Origin: Clostridia bacterium
Lineage (GTDB): Bacteria > Bacillota > Clostridia > RGIG6154
Reading direction: 5' to 3'
DNA: 64,000 nt
Assembly (NCBI GenBank): GCA_045648505.1
Contig: JAZROD010000056.1
Coordinates: 4,865 to 68,864, forward strand
Position numbers and translations under genes: made by a program. Of this stretch, positions 45,462 through 55,510 are shown piece after piece. Below the pieces are notes generated by a model, which saw only the letters and a program-made list of their open reading frames with translations, did not search any database and was not told the origin of the DNA. How positions within the stretch are numbered: position 1 is the stretch's first letter; each line of letters begins with the position of its first letter.

Positions 45462-45929
45462 ATGAAAACAAAAAATGTAGTAAGCGCAGGGATAATTGCG
45501 GCACTTTATGTGGTGCTCACATTGATTTCTGCAATGTTTGGACTTTCAAGCGGGGTAATTCAGATAAGGATTTCGGAGGCACTTACTGTTCTGCCTTATT
45601 TCACATCTGCAGCAATTCCGGGACTGTTTTTAGGATGTCTTATTGCAAATATTCTTGCAGGTTCTATTGCTGTTGATATAATATTCGGCAGTATTGCAAC
45701 TCTTATAGGTGCAATAGGTTCCTATCTTTTAAGAAAGTATAAGTGCCTTGTTGCTCTTCCGCCTGTTATTTCAAATATGGTAATTGTACCATTTGTGCTT
45801 AAATATGCATATCATCTTGATGATGCATTCTGGTTTATGGTACTGACAGTTGGAATAGGACAGATTATTTGTTGCTGTGGTCTTGGCAATTTACTTTTAT
45901 ATTCAGTTGATAAAATAAACAAGAGGTGA
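45462..45929 (+). CDS. queT: Queuosine precursor transporter QueT (ECF-type S component)
   Basis: 155-aa protein with 5 TM helices. MKTKNVVSAGIIAALYVVLTLI...IRISEALTVLP is typical of QueT/DUF988. Confidence 0.75.
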   Translation: MKTKNVVSAGIIAALYVVLTLISAMFGLSSGVIQIRISEALTVLPYFTSAAIPGLFLGCLIANILAGSIAVDIIFGSIATLIGAIGSYLLRKYKCLVALPPVISNMVIVPFVLKYAYHLDDAFWFMVLTVGIGQIICCCGLGNLLLYSVDKINKR

Positions 45930-45932
45930 AAA

Positions 45933-47264
45933 ATGGACTCTAAAGTTAAAAGAATGACTACCGAGCCGGTAGAAAGACTTATAACAAAGCTTGCAACTCC
46001 AACAATAATAAGTATGCTTGTTACAACCTTTTATAATATGGCAGATACATATTTTGTCAGCACAATGAATAATACAAGCATAACAGGTGCAGTTGGTGTT
46101 GTATTTTCTTTAATGACAATTATTCAGGCTTTTGGGTTCTTTTTTGGACATGGAAGCGGAAATTTTATTTCAAGAAGTATGGGTGCAGGGGACAAAAGGT
46201 CTTCTGAAATAGTTGCATCACTTGGTTTTTTCGGTGCTTTTATTGTTGGTCTTATAATAATGATTACAGGGCTTATCTTTAAAGAACCACTGGCATATAT
46301 GCTTGGTGCAACAGATACAATCTATCCCTATGCAAAAGAATATATGACATATATTCTTCTTGGTGCACCGTTTATGAGTGCTTCAATTGTAATTAACAAT
46401 CAGCTCCGTTTTCAGGGTAATGCAGGTTTTGCAATGGTGGGAATAACATCAGGTGCAGTTATAAACTGTGTTTTAGACCCGCTTTTAATAACAGCCTTTA
46501 ATATGGGAATAAGAGGTGCGGCAATAGCCACAATTACAGGTCAGTTTGTAAGCTTTGTATTGTTGCTTGTTGGCGCATACAGAAGTGATAATATAAAAAT
46601 TTCAATTAAAAATTTTATTCCTGAAAAAGAATATATTGGGGCTATATTAAATGGCGGATTTCCGTCTTTGTGCAGACAGGGCATTGCATCTCTTGGAACA
46701 ATATATCTTCATCATACGGCAGGAATTTACGGTGACTTTGCAATTACAGGTATGACTGTTTGCTCAAGAGTTATAATGTTCTTTAATTCTGCAATGATAG
46801 GTTTCGGACAAGGCTTTCAGCCTGTGTGCGGATATAACTACGGTGCAAAACTTTACGAGCGAGTTTCAAAGGCGTTCTGGTTCTGTGTTAAAAGTTCATT
46901 TATATTTTTGATTGTGGCTTCTGCAATTGGATTTATTTTTTCAGAGCAAATAATCTGTATGTTTTCGAAGGATGCAGATGTTATCAGCTTCGGAAGTGCA
47001 ACTTTTAAAGCAATGTGTGTGGCATTTCCGCTTAACTCGTGGATTGTTATGAGTAATATGACTTTACAAACAACAGGTAAAGCTGTAAGAGCTTCTATAC
47101 TTGCAGGTGCAAGACAGGGAATAGTGCTTGTGCCTGTAATAGTAATAATGAATGCTATTTTCGGTCTTGAAGGTCTTATATTTACACAAATGACAGCCGA
47201 TATAATAACATTTCTGATTGCTATTCCTTTTCAGATTTCATTCCTGAAAGAGATAAGCATTTGA
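45933..47264 (+). CDS. MATE family efflux transporter
   Basis: 12 TM helices. TPTIISMLVTTFYNMADTYFVS and the internal duplication are typical of MATE (NorM/DinF) proteins. 443 aa. Confidence 0.85.
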   Translation: MDSKVKRMTTEPVERLITKLATPTIISMLVTTFYNMADTYFVSTMNNTSITGAVGVVFSLMTIIQAFGFFFGHGSGNFISRSMGAGDKRSSEIVASLGFFGAFIVGLIIMITGLIFKEPLAYMLGATDTIYPYAKEYMTYILLGAPFMSASIVINNQLRFQGNAGFAMVGITSGAVINCVLDPLLITAFNMGIRGAAIATITGQFVSFVLLLVGAYRSDNIKISIKNFIPEKEYIGAILNGGFPSLCRQGIASLGTIYLHHTAGIYGDFAITGMTVCSRVIMFFNSAMIGFGQGFQPVCGYNYGAKLYERVSKAFWFCVKSSFIFLIVASAIGFIFSEQIICMFSKDADVISFGSATFKAMCVAFPLNSWIVMSNMTLQTTGKAVRASILAGARQGIVLVPVIVIMNAIFGLEGLIFTQMTADIITFLIAIPFQISFLKEISI

Positions 47265-47299
47265 AAATAATGTATATTGTGTTATGTTGAATTATATTC

Positions 47300-47328
47300 T
47301 TGACAAACCACAATATATGCTATATAAT
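47300..47328 (+). promoter_or_regulatory. Consensus sigma-A promoter of the pfl leader
   Basis: TTGACA (47300-47305), 17 nt, TATAAT (47323-47328). Confidence 0.55.
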
Positions 47329-47340
47329 AAAAATACACCA

Positions 47341-47438
47341 TTTACACTACTGACGGATTAGCGGGCAACCGCAAGGGAATGTAAATGATAAAGCCGACCG
47401 TCTGGGCAATTCACTTTAAAAGCTGAATTGCCTTTTTT
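47341..47438 (+). promoter_or_regulatory. ZTP riboswitch (pfl motif) with intrinsic-terminator expression platform, upstream of pflB
   Basis: P1 UUUACA/UGUAAA. J1/2 CUGACGGAUUA. P2 GCGG-GCAA-CCGC with a GNRA loop. J2/1 AAGGGAA. 3' subdomain GCCGACCGUCUGGGCAA (consensus GCCGACCGCCUGGGCA). The pseudoknot partners GACGG:CCGUC co-vary relative to the consensus GGCGG:CCGCC. A terminator GGCAATTCA-ctttaaaagc-TGAATTGCC plus T6 (47405-47438) has a 5' arm overlapping the P3 3' strand. This is the classic ZTP ON-switch design. Confidence 0.65.
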
Positions 47439-47474
47439 AGCAATCAGCCGATACTTTATAAGGAGGAGAAAAGT

Positions 47475-49706
47475 ATGAAACACGAAAACTGGAATGGATT
47501 TAAAGAAGGTATATGGCAAGAAGAAATAAATGTTCGTGATTTTATTCAGCAGAATTATAAAGAATATATGGGTGATGATTCTTTCCTTGCAGAAGCAACA
47601 CCAAGAACAGAGGCTCTTATGAAAAAGCTTCAGTCTTTGTTTGCTCTTGAAAGACAGTATGGCGGTGTTCTTGATATAGATACAGCAACTGTATCTTCGC
47701 TTACAAGCTTTTCACCTGGATATCTTGATAAAGATAACGAAATTATTGTTGGCTTGCAGACTAATCGTCCACTTAAAAGGGGTGTAAATCCTTTTGGCGG
47801 TATTCGTATGGCAAGACAGGCTTGTGCAGCTTATGGTTACAAATTAAGTGATAAAATAGAAGAGGAATTTAAGTTCCGTACAACACATAATGACGGTGTT
47901 TTCCGTGCATACACAGACGAAATGCGTGATGCCCGTAAGTGCCATGTTATTACAGGACTTCCGGATGCTTATGGCAGAGGAAGAATTATCGGTGACTATC
48001 GCCGTGTTGCACTTTATGGTGTGGACAGACTTATTGTAGATAAAATTAAAGACAAAAAAGGTTTAGCTACAAGAGATTTTGATGCAGAGAACATAAGTCT
48101 TGACGAAGAAATTTACAAGCAGATTGAATTTCTTGGATTCCTTAAAGAAATGGCTAAGATGTATGGCTTTGATATTTCAGGGCCTGCTTCAAATGCACGC
48201 GAGGCAATTCAGTGGACATATTTTGCATATCTTGGTGCTATCAAGGAACAAAACGGTGCAGCTATGTCACTTGGCAGAGTAAGTACATTCTTTGACATAT
48301 ACATTGAACGAGATATTGAAAAAGGCATTTTGACAGAAGAGGGAGCACAGGAGCTTATGGATGATTTCGTTATGAAACTCCGTATGGCTCGTCATTTAAG
48401 AACTCCTGAATATAACGAACTTTTCGGCGGAGACCCTATGTGGATAACAGAAGCTGTAGGCGGAATGGGTGAAGATGGAAGAACTCTTGTTACAAAGAGC
48501 AGTTTCCGTATGCTCAACACATTGTACACACTTGGTTCTTCACCTGAACCAAACCTTACAATTTTATGGTCAACAAAGCTTCCTGACAACTTCAAAAAAT
48601 ATTGTGCAAAGGTTTCTAAAGATACAGACTCAATTCAGTATGAAAATGATGATGTAATGAGACCTATCTATGGAGATGATTATGCAATTGCATGCTGTGT
48701 ATCTGCGATGAAAATCGGTAAGCAGATGCAGTTCTTTGGTGCAAGATGCAATCTTGCAAAGCTTTTGCTTATTGCAATTAACGGTGGTTATGATACAACC
48801 ACAAAAATGCATATCGGACCGCAGATGCCTGTTCTTAATGCAGAAAAATTAAATTTCGATGAAGTAATGGAAAGATTTGATATTTATATCTCTTGGCTCA
48901 GCCATTTGTATGTAAATACAATGAATATTATCCATTATATGCACGATAAATATGCCTATGAAAAAATTCAGATGGCTCTCCACGATACAGAAGTTGAAAG
49001 ACTTATGGCTTTTGGTATAGCAGGACTTTCTGTTGTGGCAGACTCATTAAGTGCTATCAAATATGCTGATGTAAAACCAATTGTGAATGAAGAAGGTTTT
49101 ATAACAGAATTTAATATTGAAGGTAACTTCCCTAAATTCGGTAACGATGATGACAGAGTTGATTTGATTGCAAAGGATATGACTCATAAAGTTATCACAG
49201 AGCTTCGTAAAACAAAAACATACAGAAAAGCTGTTCATACACTTTCTGTTCTTACAATTACATCAAATGTTATGTATGGTAAAAATACAGGTGCAACACC
49301 TGATGGCAGAGAAGCGGGACAAGCTTTTGCACCGGGTGCAAATCCAATGCACAACCGTGAAGAAAACGGTGCTTTGGCATCACTTAATTCTGTTGCAAAA
49401 TTAAGTTATGATGATTGCAGAGATGGTATTTCAAATACATTCTCAATCACACCTGAAGCCCTTGGCAGAACAGAAGATGAAAGAATTTCAAACCTTGTTA
49501 CAATTCTCGACGGATATTTTGCTAAAAAAGCACATCATATAAATGTTAACGTTCTTAACAGAGAAACTTTAATGAAGGCTTATGAAAACCCTGAAGCATA
49601 TCCAAATCTTACAATAAGAGTATCAGGCTATGCAGTAAACTTTAACAAGTTGTCAAGAGAACAACAGAAAGAAGTTATAAGCCGTACTTTCCACGAGGTA
49701 ATATGA
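47475..49706 (+). CDS. pflB: Formate C-acetyltransferase (pyruvate formate-lyase)
   Basis: AAGGAGGAG RBS. 743 aa. Active-site Cys pair in [13 protein letters not shown]-terminal glycyl-radical motif [11 protein letters not shown]. Confidence 0.9.
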   Translation: MKHENWNGFKEGIWQEEINVRDFIQQNYKEYMGDDSFLAEATPRTEALMKKLQSLFALERQYGGVLDIDTATVSSLTSFSPGYLDKDNEIIVGLQTNRPLKRGVNPFGGIRMARQACAAYGYKLSDKIEEEFKFRTTHNDGVFRAYTDEMRDARKCHVITGLPDAYGRGRIIGDYRRVALYGVDRLIVDKIKDKKGLATRDFDAENISLDEEIYKQIEFLGFLKEMAKMYGFDISGPASNAREAIQWTYFAYLGAIKEQNGAAMSLGRVSTFFDIYIERDIEKGILTEEGAQELMDDFVMKLRMARHLRTPEYNELFGGDPMWITEAVGGMGEDGRTLVTKSSFRMLNTLYTLGSSPEPNLTILWSTKLPDNFKKYCAKVSKDTDSIQYENDDVMRPIYGDDYAIACCVSAMKIGKQMQFFGARCNLAKLLLIAINGGYDTTTKMHIGPQMPVLNAEKLNFDEVMERFDIYISWLSHLYVNTMNIIHYMHDKYAYEKIQMALHDTEVERLMAFGIAGLSVVADSLSAIKYADVKPIVNEEGFITEFNIEGNFPKFGNDDDRVDLIAKDMTHKVITELRKTKTYRKAVHTLSVLTITSNVMYGKNTGATPDGREAGQAFAPGANPMHNREENGALASLNSVAKLSYDDCRDGISNTFSITPEALGRTEDERISNLVTILDGYFAKKAHHINVNVLNRETLMKAYENPEAYPNLTIRVSGYAVNFNKLSREQQKEVISRTFHEVI

Positions 49707-50416
49707 TAAAAGGAAAAATACATTCAATACAGACAATGGGAACTCTTGACGGTCCCGGAGTACGCTTTGTAGCATTTTTGCAGGGATGTAATTTAAGATG
49801 TAAGTGTTGTCATAATCCCGACACCTGGGAAATTAATGTAGGTGAAGAATATACAGCCGATGAACTTGTTTCAAAAGTGTTAAGATATACACAGTATTTC
49901 GGCACAGATGGGGGAGTTACCCTTTCAGGTGGAGAACCTCTTCTTCAGGCAAAGTTTGGTTATGAGTATTTTAGCTTATGCAAAAAACATAATATAAACA
50001 CTTGTCTTGATACATCGGGAAGCTTTTTTAATGATGATGTACGCAGATTATTATCGGTTACCGACAGAGTGCTTTTGGATATCAAATATACTGAAGATGA
50101 ACTTTATGCCGAAAATGTTGGTTGTTCACTTTCAAAACCGTTGGAATTTTTAAAAGAACTTGATAGTCTGAAAATTCCGACAACTATCCGACAAGTGATA
50201 ATAACGGGAATAAATGACAATAAAGAAAACATAATTAAGCTTAAAGAAATTGCTTTAAAGAACGAATGTGTTGATAAAATAGAGCTTTTACCCTTTAAGA
50301 AAATCTGTCAGGTTAAATATGATGATATGGGAATAGTTTTCCCATTTGCTCATATCCCTGAACCTTCGGCACAGAAAATGGAAGAGCTTAATAAACAAAT
50401 AGCTGAATATAACTGA
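49703..50416 (+). CDS. pflA: Pyruvate formate-lyase activating enzyme (radical SAM)
   Basis: [25 protein letters not shown] has the CxxxCxxC radical-SAM cluster motif. 4-nt overlap with pflB. Confidence 0.9.
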   Translation: MIKGKIHSIQTMGTLDGPGVRFVAFLQGCNLRCKCCHNPDTWEINVGEEYTADELVSKVLRYTQYFGTDGGVTLSGGEPLLQAKFGYEYFSLCKKHNINTCLDTSGSFFNDDVRRLLSVTDRVLLDIKYTEDELYAENVGCSLSKPLEFLKELDSLKIPTTIRQVIITGINDNKENIIKLKEIALKNECVDKIELLPFKKICQVKYDDMGIVFPFAHIPEPSAQKMEELNKQIAEYN

Positions 50417-50420
50417 AAAA

Positions 50421-50452
50421 CCGCCCATAAAATGTATGGGCGGTGATTTTTT
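50421..50452 (+). terminator. Intrinsic terminator after pflA
   Basis: CCGCCCATA-aaatg-TATGGGCGG followed by TGATTTTTTG. Confidence 0.6.
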
Positions 50453-51545
50453 GTTTAAAAGAATTATATGTATTATGTTTATTGCGTTGAATATTGGGAT
50501 TAAAGTTAATGCACTTGAAATATCGGCAAAGTCTGCAATACTTTATGAACCTGTTACAAAAACAGTTGTGTTTGAAAAAAACTCGCGTCAAAAATTACCT
50601 ATGGCAAGTACAACCAAAATAATTACTGCAATAACTGCCATAGAAAATATGAATGTAAATGATATAGTAACAACAAGCAAGAAAGCGGCAGATGTGGAAG
50701 GCTCTTCAATATGGCTTGAAGAAGGGGAAAAGCAGACCCTTGAAAATATGCTTTACGGACTTATGCTTTCATCAGGGAATGATGCGGCAATTGCAATTGC
50801 AGAACATAAAGGTTATGAAGAATTTATAAAGCTTATGAATGATACGGTAAAAAAAGCAGGTGCAACAAGTACTATACTTAAAAATCCAAACGGTCTTGAT
50901 GAAGATGGACATTACACAACTGCTTACGATATGGCTCTTATATCTGCTTATGCTATGAAAAATGACAAGTTCAGGGAAATAGTATCAACAAAGGAAAAGG
51001 TCATTCCCTGGGAAGGTCATCAGTGGGGCAGAACTCTGAAAAACCACAACAAATTATTAAGACTTTATGAAGGTGCAAATGGTATAAAAACCGGCTTTAC
51101 AAAAAAGGACGGAAGATGTCTTGTTTCATCTGCAAAAAGAAATGGAGTTGAACTTATTTGTGTAACTCTTAATGCTCCCAATGACTGGAACGACCATATA
51201 AAAATGCTTGATATGGGATTTTCTCTTTACAAAGGTGAAAAAATCACACTTGAAAACAAATGTGCAGAGGTGAACAGAGGCGAGGAAGCAAAGGTAACAC
51301 TCATACCTGAAAGAGATGTGGTTTTGCCCACAAAAGAAGGCGATAATATCAGTGTTAAGTATAATGTTTCATCAAATATAAACGCTCCCGTTTATGCAGG
51401 AGAAATAAAAGGATGTGCAGAAATTTATATAAATAACACTTTAATTGATACAGTAAACTATGTTGCAAATAAATCAGTAAACGAAATAAAAATCAAAACA
51501 TTCAAAGAAATTTTATCAGGTTTGCTTTATGCTCTTTTTATTTGA
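50451..51545 (+). CDS. D-alanyl-D-alanine carboxypeptidase (S11 family, PBP5/DacB-like), secreted
   Basis: Signal peptide. SxxK motif PMASTTKI, SGN motif LSSGND, KTG motif IKTGFT. Start is uncertain: the ORF track gives ATG 50436 inside the terminator hairpin. I prefer TTG 50451 or ATG 50475. Confidence 0.8.
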   Translation: MFKRIICIMFIALNIGIKVNALEISAKSAILYEPVTKTVVFEKNSRQKLPMASTTKIITAITAIENMNVNDIVTTSKKAADVEGSSIWLEEGEKQTLENMLYGLMLSSGNDAAIAIAEHKGYEEFIKLMNDTVKKAGATSTILKNPNGLDEDGHYTTAYDMALISAYAMKNDKFREIVSTKEKVIPWEGHQWGRTLKNHNKLLRLYEGANGIKTGFTKKDGRCLVSSAKRNGVELICVTLNAPNDWNDHIKMLDMGFSLYKGEKITLENKCAEVNRGEEAKVTLIPERDVVLPTKEGDNISVKYNVSSNINAPVYAGEIKGCAEIYINNTLIDTVNYVANKSVNEIKIKTFKEILSGLLYALFI

Positions 51546-51593
51546 CAGAAAATATCAAATATGATATTGTATAGAAAAAACGGAGGATAATCT

Positions 51594-51674
51594 ATGATGT
51601 TTACAGGCTTGTGGATTTGCATAATAGTTGCAATTGTAGTTCCGGTTGCAATTTATATTGCCAATAACAGATAA
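51594..51674 (+). CDS. Predicted small hydrophobic peptide (26 aa: MMFTGLWICIIVAIVVPVAIYIANNR), single TM helix
   Basis: Strong GGAGGA RBS at 51583-51588 with a 5-nt spacer to ATG 51594. Its stop is immediately followed by a second GGAGGA RBS for the next gene. Not in the ORF track (below the length cutoff). Confidence 0.35.
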   Translation: MMFTGLWICIIVAIVVPVAIYIANNR

Positions 51675-51688
51675 TGCGGAGGATACCA

Positions 51689-52042
51689 ATGAAAATATTA
51701 CAAAGAACATTATTGACTTTGGGTTATTGCATACCTTTTGTGTTTCTTGCAATGAACGAAGATGCAATAACAGGAACTCCGTATTTTTATTTTGTGATGA
51801 TTTTATGCTTTTGGGTTTTATGTTATCTGTGTAAAAAAACAGATAATAAAGCTTGTGTTATATACGGAAACATAATTAGTTTTATTTCTTCCTGCATTTT
51901 TGCATGGGTGTTTAAAACTCCAAAGTGGGAGTATTATTTTAAACCATTTCTCCCTAACCAGTTAATAATATTTGAAAGTTCAATAATTTTTATCATACAG
52001 ATAGTATTCACATTTAAGAAAAACAAATCAAATTCAGATTAA
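51689..52042 (+). CDS. Small membrane protein of unknown function (117 aa, 3-4 TM helices)
   Basis: ATG 51689 preceded by GGAGGA (51677-51682). The longer track ORF from 51674 overlaps the peptide stop. Hydrophobic, Cys/Phe/Tyr-rich. Confidence 0.55.
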   Translation: MKILQRTLLTLGYCIPFVFLAMNEDAITGTPYFYFVMILCFWVLCYLCKKTDNKACVIYGNIISFISSCIFAWVFKTPKWEYYFKPFLPNQLIIFESSIIFIIQIVFTFKKNKSNSD

Positions 52043-52044
52043 AA

Positions 52045-52068
52045 GCGGCAAAATTTTGCCGTTTTTTT
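52045..52068 (+). terminator. Putative intrinsic terminator before the ileS promoter
   Basis: GCGGCAAAA/TTTTGCCG hairpin followed by T7. Confidence 0.45.
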
Positions 52069-52141
52069 CTTTGAAAGTACTTTACAAATCGGCAAAAAAA
52101 GTGTAAAATAAATTAAATATGATTTAATGGAGGAACTTGAA

Positions 52142-55100
52142 ATGTATAAGAAGGTTTCTACGGATTTGAATTTCAAAGAAAGAGAACTTGAAACTATCAA
52201 ATTCTGGAATGAAAATAAAGTGTTTGAAAGAAGCACAAGACAAGATGGTCCTGTGTTTACTTTCTTTGACGGTCCACCGACTGCAAACGGTAAACCGCAC
52301 ATTGGACATATCCTTACAAGAGTTATGAAGGATATCGTTCCAAGATATAAAACTATGAAAGGTTACAAGGTTTTAAGAAAAGCCGGATGGGATACTCACG
52401 GTCTTCCTGTTGAGCTTGAAGTTGAAAAACTTTTAGGTATTGACGGTAAACCACAGATTGAAAAATACGGTGTTGAACCTTTCGTTGAAGAATGTAAAAA
52501 GAGCGTTTGGAAATACGAAGGCTTATGGAAGGAAATGAGTGACCGTGTTGGCTTCTGGGCTGATATGGAAAATCCTTATGTAACATACCATAACGATTAC
52601 ATCGAATCAGTTTGGTGGGCACTTAAGCAGATCTGGGACAAAGGTCTTTTATACAAAGGTCACAAAATTGTTCCATACTGCCCAAGATGCGGAACTGCAC
52701 TTTCAAGCCACGAAGTTGCTCAGGGCTATAAAGATGTTGAAGAAACATCAGTATTTGTTAACTTTAAAGTTGCAGATAAAGAAAACGAATACTTCCTTGC
52801 TTGGACAACTACACCTTGGACACTTCCATCAAACGTTGCCCTTGTTGTAAATCCTGATGTTACTTATGTTAAGGTTAAAGCAGATGATAAGTTCTACATT
52901 CTTGCAAAAGAACTTGTTTCAAATGTTTTTGGTGAAGAAGCTGAAATCGTTGAAGAATTCATCGGTACAGACCTTAAAGGAATTAAATACGAACCACTCT
53001 TTAACTTTGCACAGCCAAAGCAGGAGTGCTACTATATTGTTGCTGACAGCTATGTTACAACAACAGACGGTACAGGTATCGTACATTGTGCACCTTCATT
53101 TGGTGAAGATGACGCAAGAGTTGGTAGAGATAATGACCTTCCATTTGTTAAGCTTGTTAACACAGAAGGTAAATGCGTTGAAGGAACAGGCAAGCTTGAA
53201 GGCTTGTTTGTTAAAGATGCAGACCCTGTTGTAATAGCTGACCTTGAAGAAAGAGGACTCTTATTCAGAGCACAGAAGTTTACTCACTCATATCCATTCT
53301 GCTGGAGATGTGATACTCCGCTTATCTACTATGCGAGAGAATCATGGTTCATCAGTATGACAAAGGTGAGAGAACAGTTACTTAAAAACAATGCAACAGT
53401 TAACTGGATGCCTGATAACATTAAAGACGGCAGATTCGGTAACTTCCTTGAAAATGTAATCGACTGGGGTCTTTCAAGAGAAAGATACTGGGGTACACCA
53501 CTTCCTATCTGGGAATGTGAATGTGGTAAGAGACACACAATCGGAAGCATTGAAGAATTAAAGAGTATGAGCGACAACTGTCCTGATAACATCGAACTCC
53601 ACAGACCATACATTGACAATGTATTTATCAAATGTCCTGACTGCGGTGGGGAAATGAAGAGAGTTCCTGAAGTTATTGACTGTTGGTTTGACTCAGGTTC
53701 AATGCCTTTCGCACAGTGGCACTATCCATTTGAAAATAAAGACATTTTTGATGAAAACTTCCCTGCAGACTTTATCAGTGAAGCTATTGACCAGACAAGA
53801 GGTTGGTTCTACACATTAATGGCGATTTCAACACTTATCTTTGATAAATCTCCATATAAAAATGTTATCGTTCTTGGTCACGTTCAGGATAAAGACGGTC
53901 AGAAGATGAGTAAGCATAAAGGAAACGTTGTTGATCCTTGGGATGTTCTTAACAATCAGGGTGCAGATGCCGTTAGATGGTATTTCTACTCAACAAGTGC
54001 TCCTTGGATTCCAAACAGATTCCACGCAGATGCAGTTAATGAATGTCAGCGTAAGTTTATGGGTACACTCTGGAACACTTATGCATTCTACATTCTTTAT
54101 GCAGATATTGATAAATTTGACCCAACACAGTATAAGCTTGAATACGATAAGCTTCCTGTTATGGATAAATGGATTTTATCAAAACTCAATTCTCTTATTA
54201 AGAGTGTTGACAGTGACCTTGAAAACTACAAAATTACAGAAGCTTCAAGAAACATTCAGAACTTCACAGATGAGCTTTCAAACTGGTATGTAAGAAGATG
54301 CCGTGAAAGATTCTGGCAGAAAGATATGCCACAGGATAAGATTAATGCTTATATGACTCTTTACACAGTTCTTTTTGAACTTTCAAAGCTTTCTGCACCA
54401 TTTGTTCCATTTATGACTGAAGAAATCTATCAGAACTTAGTAAGAACAAATGATAAGAATGCACCTGAAAGCATCCACTTCTGCGATTATCCTGTAGCTT
54501 GCGAAGAATATATCGACAAAAAGCTTGAAGAAAATATGAATACAGTATTAAATGTTGTTGTAGCCGGCAGAGCTGCAAGAAATGCTGCAAATGTTAAAAA
54601 CAGACAGCCACTTTCAACTGTATATTATAAAGCTTCAACAAAGCTTGAAGAAGGATACGAAAGCATAGTTCTTGAAGAACTCAATGTAAAAACTCTCGAA
54701 TTTGCAGAAGATATTTCTTCTTTCATTGGCTACAAATTCAAACCACAGCTCAGAACACTTGGTCCTAAGTATGGTAAGATTTTAGGTAAAATCAGCGGAT
54801 ACCTTGCTTCTTGCGATACATCAGCTGCAATGAAAGAAATCAAAGAAACCGGAACATTCAAGTTTGATATTGACGGAGCTGAAGTTGTTCTTGAAGAAAC
54901 AGACCTTCTCATTGAAACAGTTCAGAAAGAAGGAATGGTTGCTCAGGATGAAAAAGATGCAACTGTTGTTCTTGATACAAATCTTACAGATGCACTTATC
55001 GAAGAAGGTTTTGTAAGAGAAATCATCAGCAAGATTCAGACAATGCGTAAGGAAGCGGATTTTGAAGTTCAGAATCACATTAAGATTTACTTTGATGATG

Positions 55101-55249
55101 CTTCAGAAATTGCTGATATTGTTAAAAACAATGCTGAAGAAATCAAAGCAGAAACACTTGCAGATGCTTTAGATGCAGGCATGGGCGGTTATACAAAAGA
55201 ATGGAGCATCAATGGTAAAAATCTTACACTTGGTGTTGAAAGACTTTAA
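52142..55249 (+). CDS. ileS: Isoleucine--tRNA ligase (type 2, about 1035 aa)
   Basis: ATG 52142 with GGAGG RBS; the track start 52127 lies inside the RBS. HIGH motif PTANGKPHIGH, KMSKS motif KMSKHKGN, CP1 editing domain. The C-terminus is the type-2 form without a zinc finger. Confidence 0.9.
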   Translation: MYKKVSTDLNFKERELETIKFWNENKVFERSTRQDGPVFTFFDGPPTANGKPHIGHILTRVMKDIVPRYKTMKGYKVLRKAGWDTHGLPVELEVEKLLGIDGKPQIEKYGVEPFVEECKKSVWKYEGLWKEMSDRVGFWADMENPYVTYHNDYIESVWWALKQIWDKGLLYKGHKIVPYCPRCGTALSSHEVAQGYKDVEETSVFVNFKVADKENEYFLAWTTTPWTLPSNVALVVNPDVTYVKVKADDKFYILAKELVSNVFGEEAEIVEEFIGTDLKGIKYEPLFNFAQPKQECYYIVADSYVTTTDGTGIVHCAPSFGEDDARVGRDNDLPFVKLVNTEGKCVEGTGKLEGLFVKDADPVVIADLEERGLLFRAQKFTHSYPFCWRCDTPLIYYARESWFISMTKVREQLLKNNATVNWMPDNIKDGRFGNFLENVIDWGLSRERYWGTPLPIWECECGKRHTIGSIEELKSMSDNCPDNIELHRPYIDNVFIKCPDCGGEMKRVPEVIDCWFDSGSMPFAQWHYPFENKDIFDENFPADFISEAIDQTRGWFYTLMAISTLIFDKSPYKNVIVLGHVQDKDGQKMSKHKGNVVDPWDVLNNQGADAVRWYFYSTSAPWIPNRFHADAVNECQRKFMGTLWNTYAFYILYADIDKFDPTQYKLEYDKLPVMDKWILSKLNSLIKSVDSDLENYKITEASRNIQNFTDELSNWYVRRCRERFWQKDMPQDKINAYMTLYTVLFELSKLSAPFVPFMTEEIYQNLVRTNDKNAPESIHFCDYPVACEEYIDKKLEENMNTVLNVVVAGRAARNAANVKNRQPLSTVYYKASTKLEEGYESIVLEELNVKTLEFAEDISSFIGYKFKPQLRTLGPKYGKILGKISGYLASCDTSAAMKEIKETGTFKFDIDGAEVVLEETDLLIETVQKEGMVAQDEKDATVVLDTNLTDALIEEGFVREIISKIQTMRKEADFEVQNHIKIYFDDASEIADIVKNNAEEIKAETLADALDAGMGGYTKEWSINGKNLTLGVERL

Positions 55250-55303
55250 TAATTTTCCTTATAAAGGATAAAATACTAAAAAACAGTAAAGGAGATTATA
55301 ACA

Positions 55304-55510
55304 ATGAAAGTAACAAAAGATACTATTATTATGGATGTATTAAAAATGGACGAAGGAACAGCTGCATTTTTCCTTGCAATCGGTATGCACTGTCTTGGTT
55401 GCCCATCAGCAAGTGGCGAATCAATCGGTGAAGCTGCTATGGTTCACGGTGTAGATGCAGACGCTCTTGTTGAAAGAATTAACACATATCTTGAATCAGT
55501 AGGTAAATAA
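55304..55510 (+). CDS. DUF1858 domain protein (small redox/disulfide-type domain)
   Basis: 68 aa. DTIIMDVLKMDEGTAAFFLAIGMHCLGCPSASGESIGEAA matches the DUF1858 CxxC-containing fold. RBS AAAGGAG. Confidence 0.6.
   Translation: MKVTKDTIIMDVLKMDEGTAAFFLAIGMHCLGCPSASGESIGEAAMVHGVDADALVERINTYLESVGK

Noticed and set aside
47330-47474. 12-codon small ORF (MIKPTVWAIHFKS) in the pfl leader
   Set aside because: It lies inside the ZTP aptamer and terminator structure and has no RBS. It is better explained as riboswitch sequence.
52081-52141. Possible T-box upstream of ileS
   Set aside because: The leader is only about 70 nt, has no AANNNGGGTGGNACCGCG element, and consists of a promoter directly followed by the RBS.
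52127-52141. Upstream ATG (52127) as the ileS start
   Set aside because: That ATG is part of the GGAGG RBS. ATG 52142 has proper 8-nt spacing.
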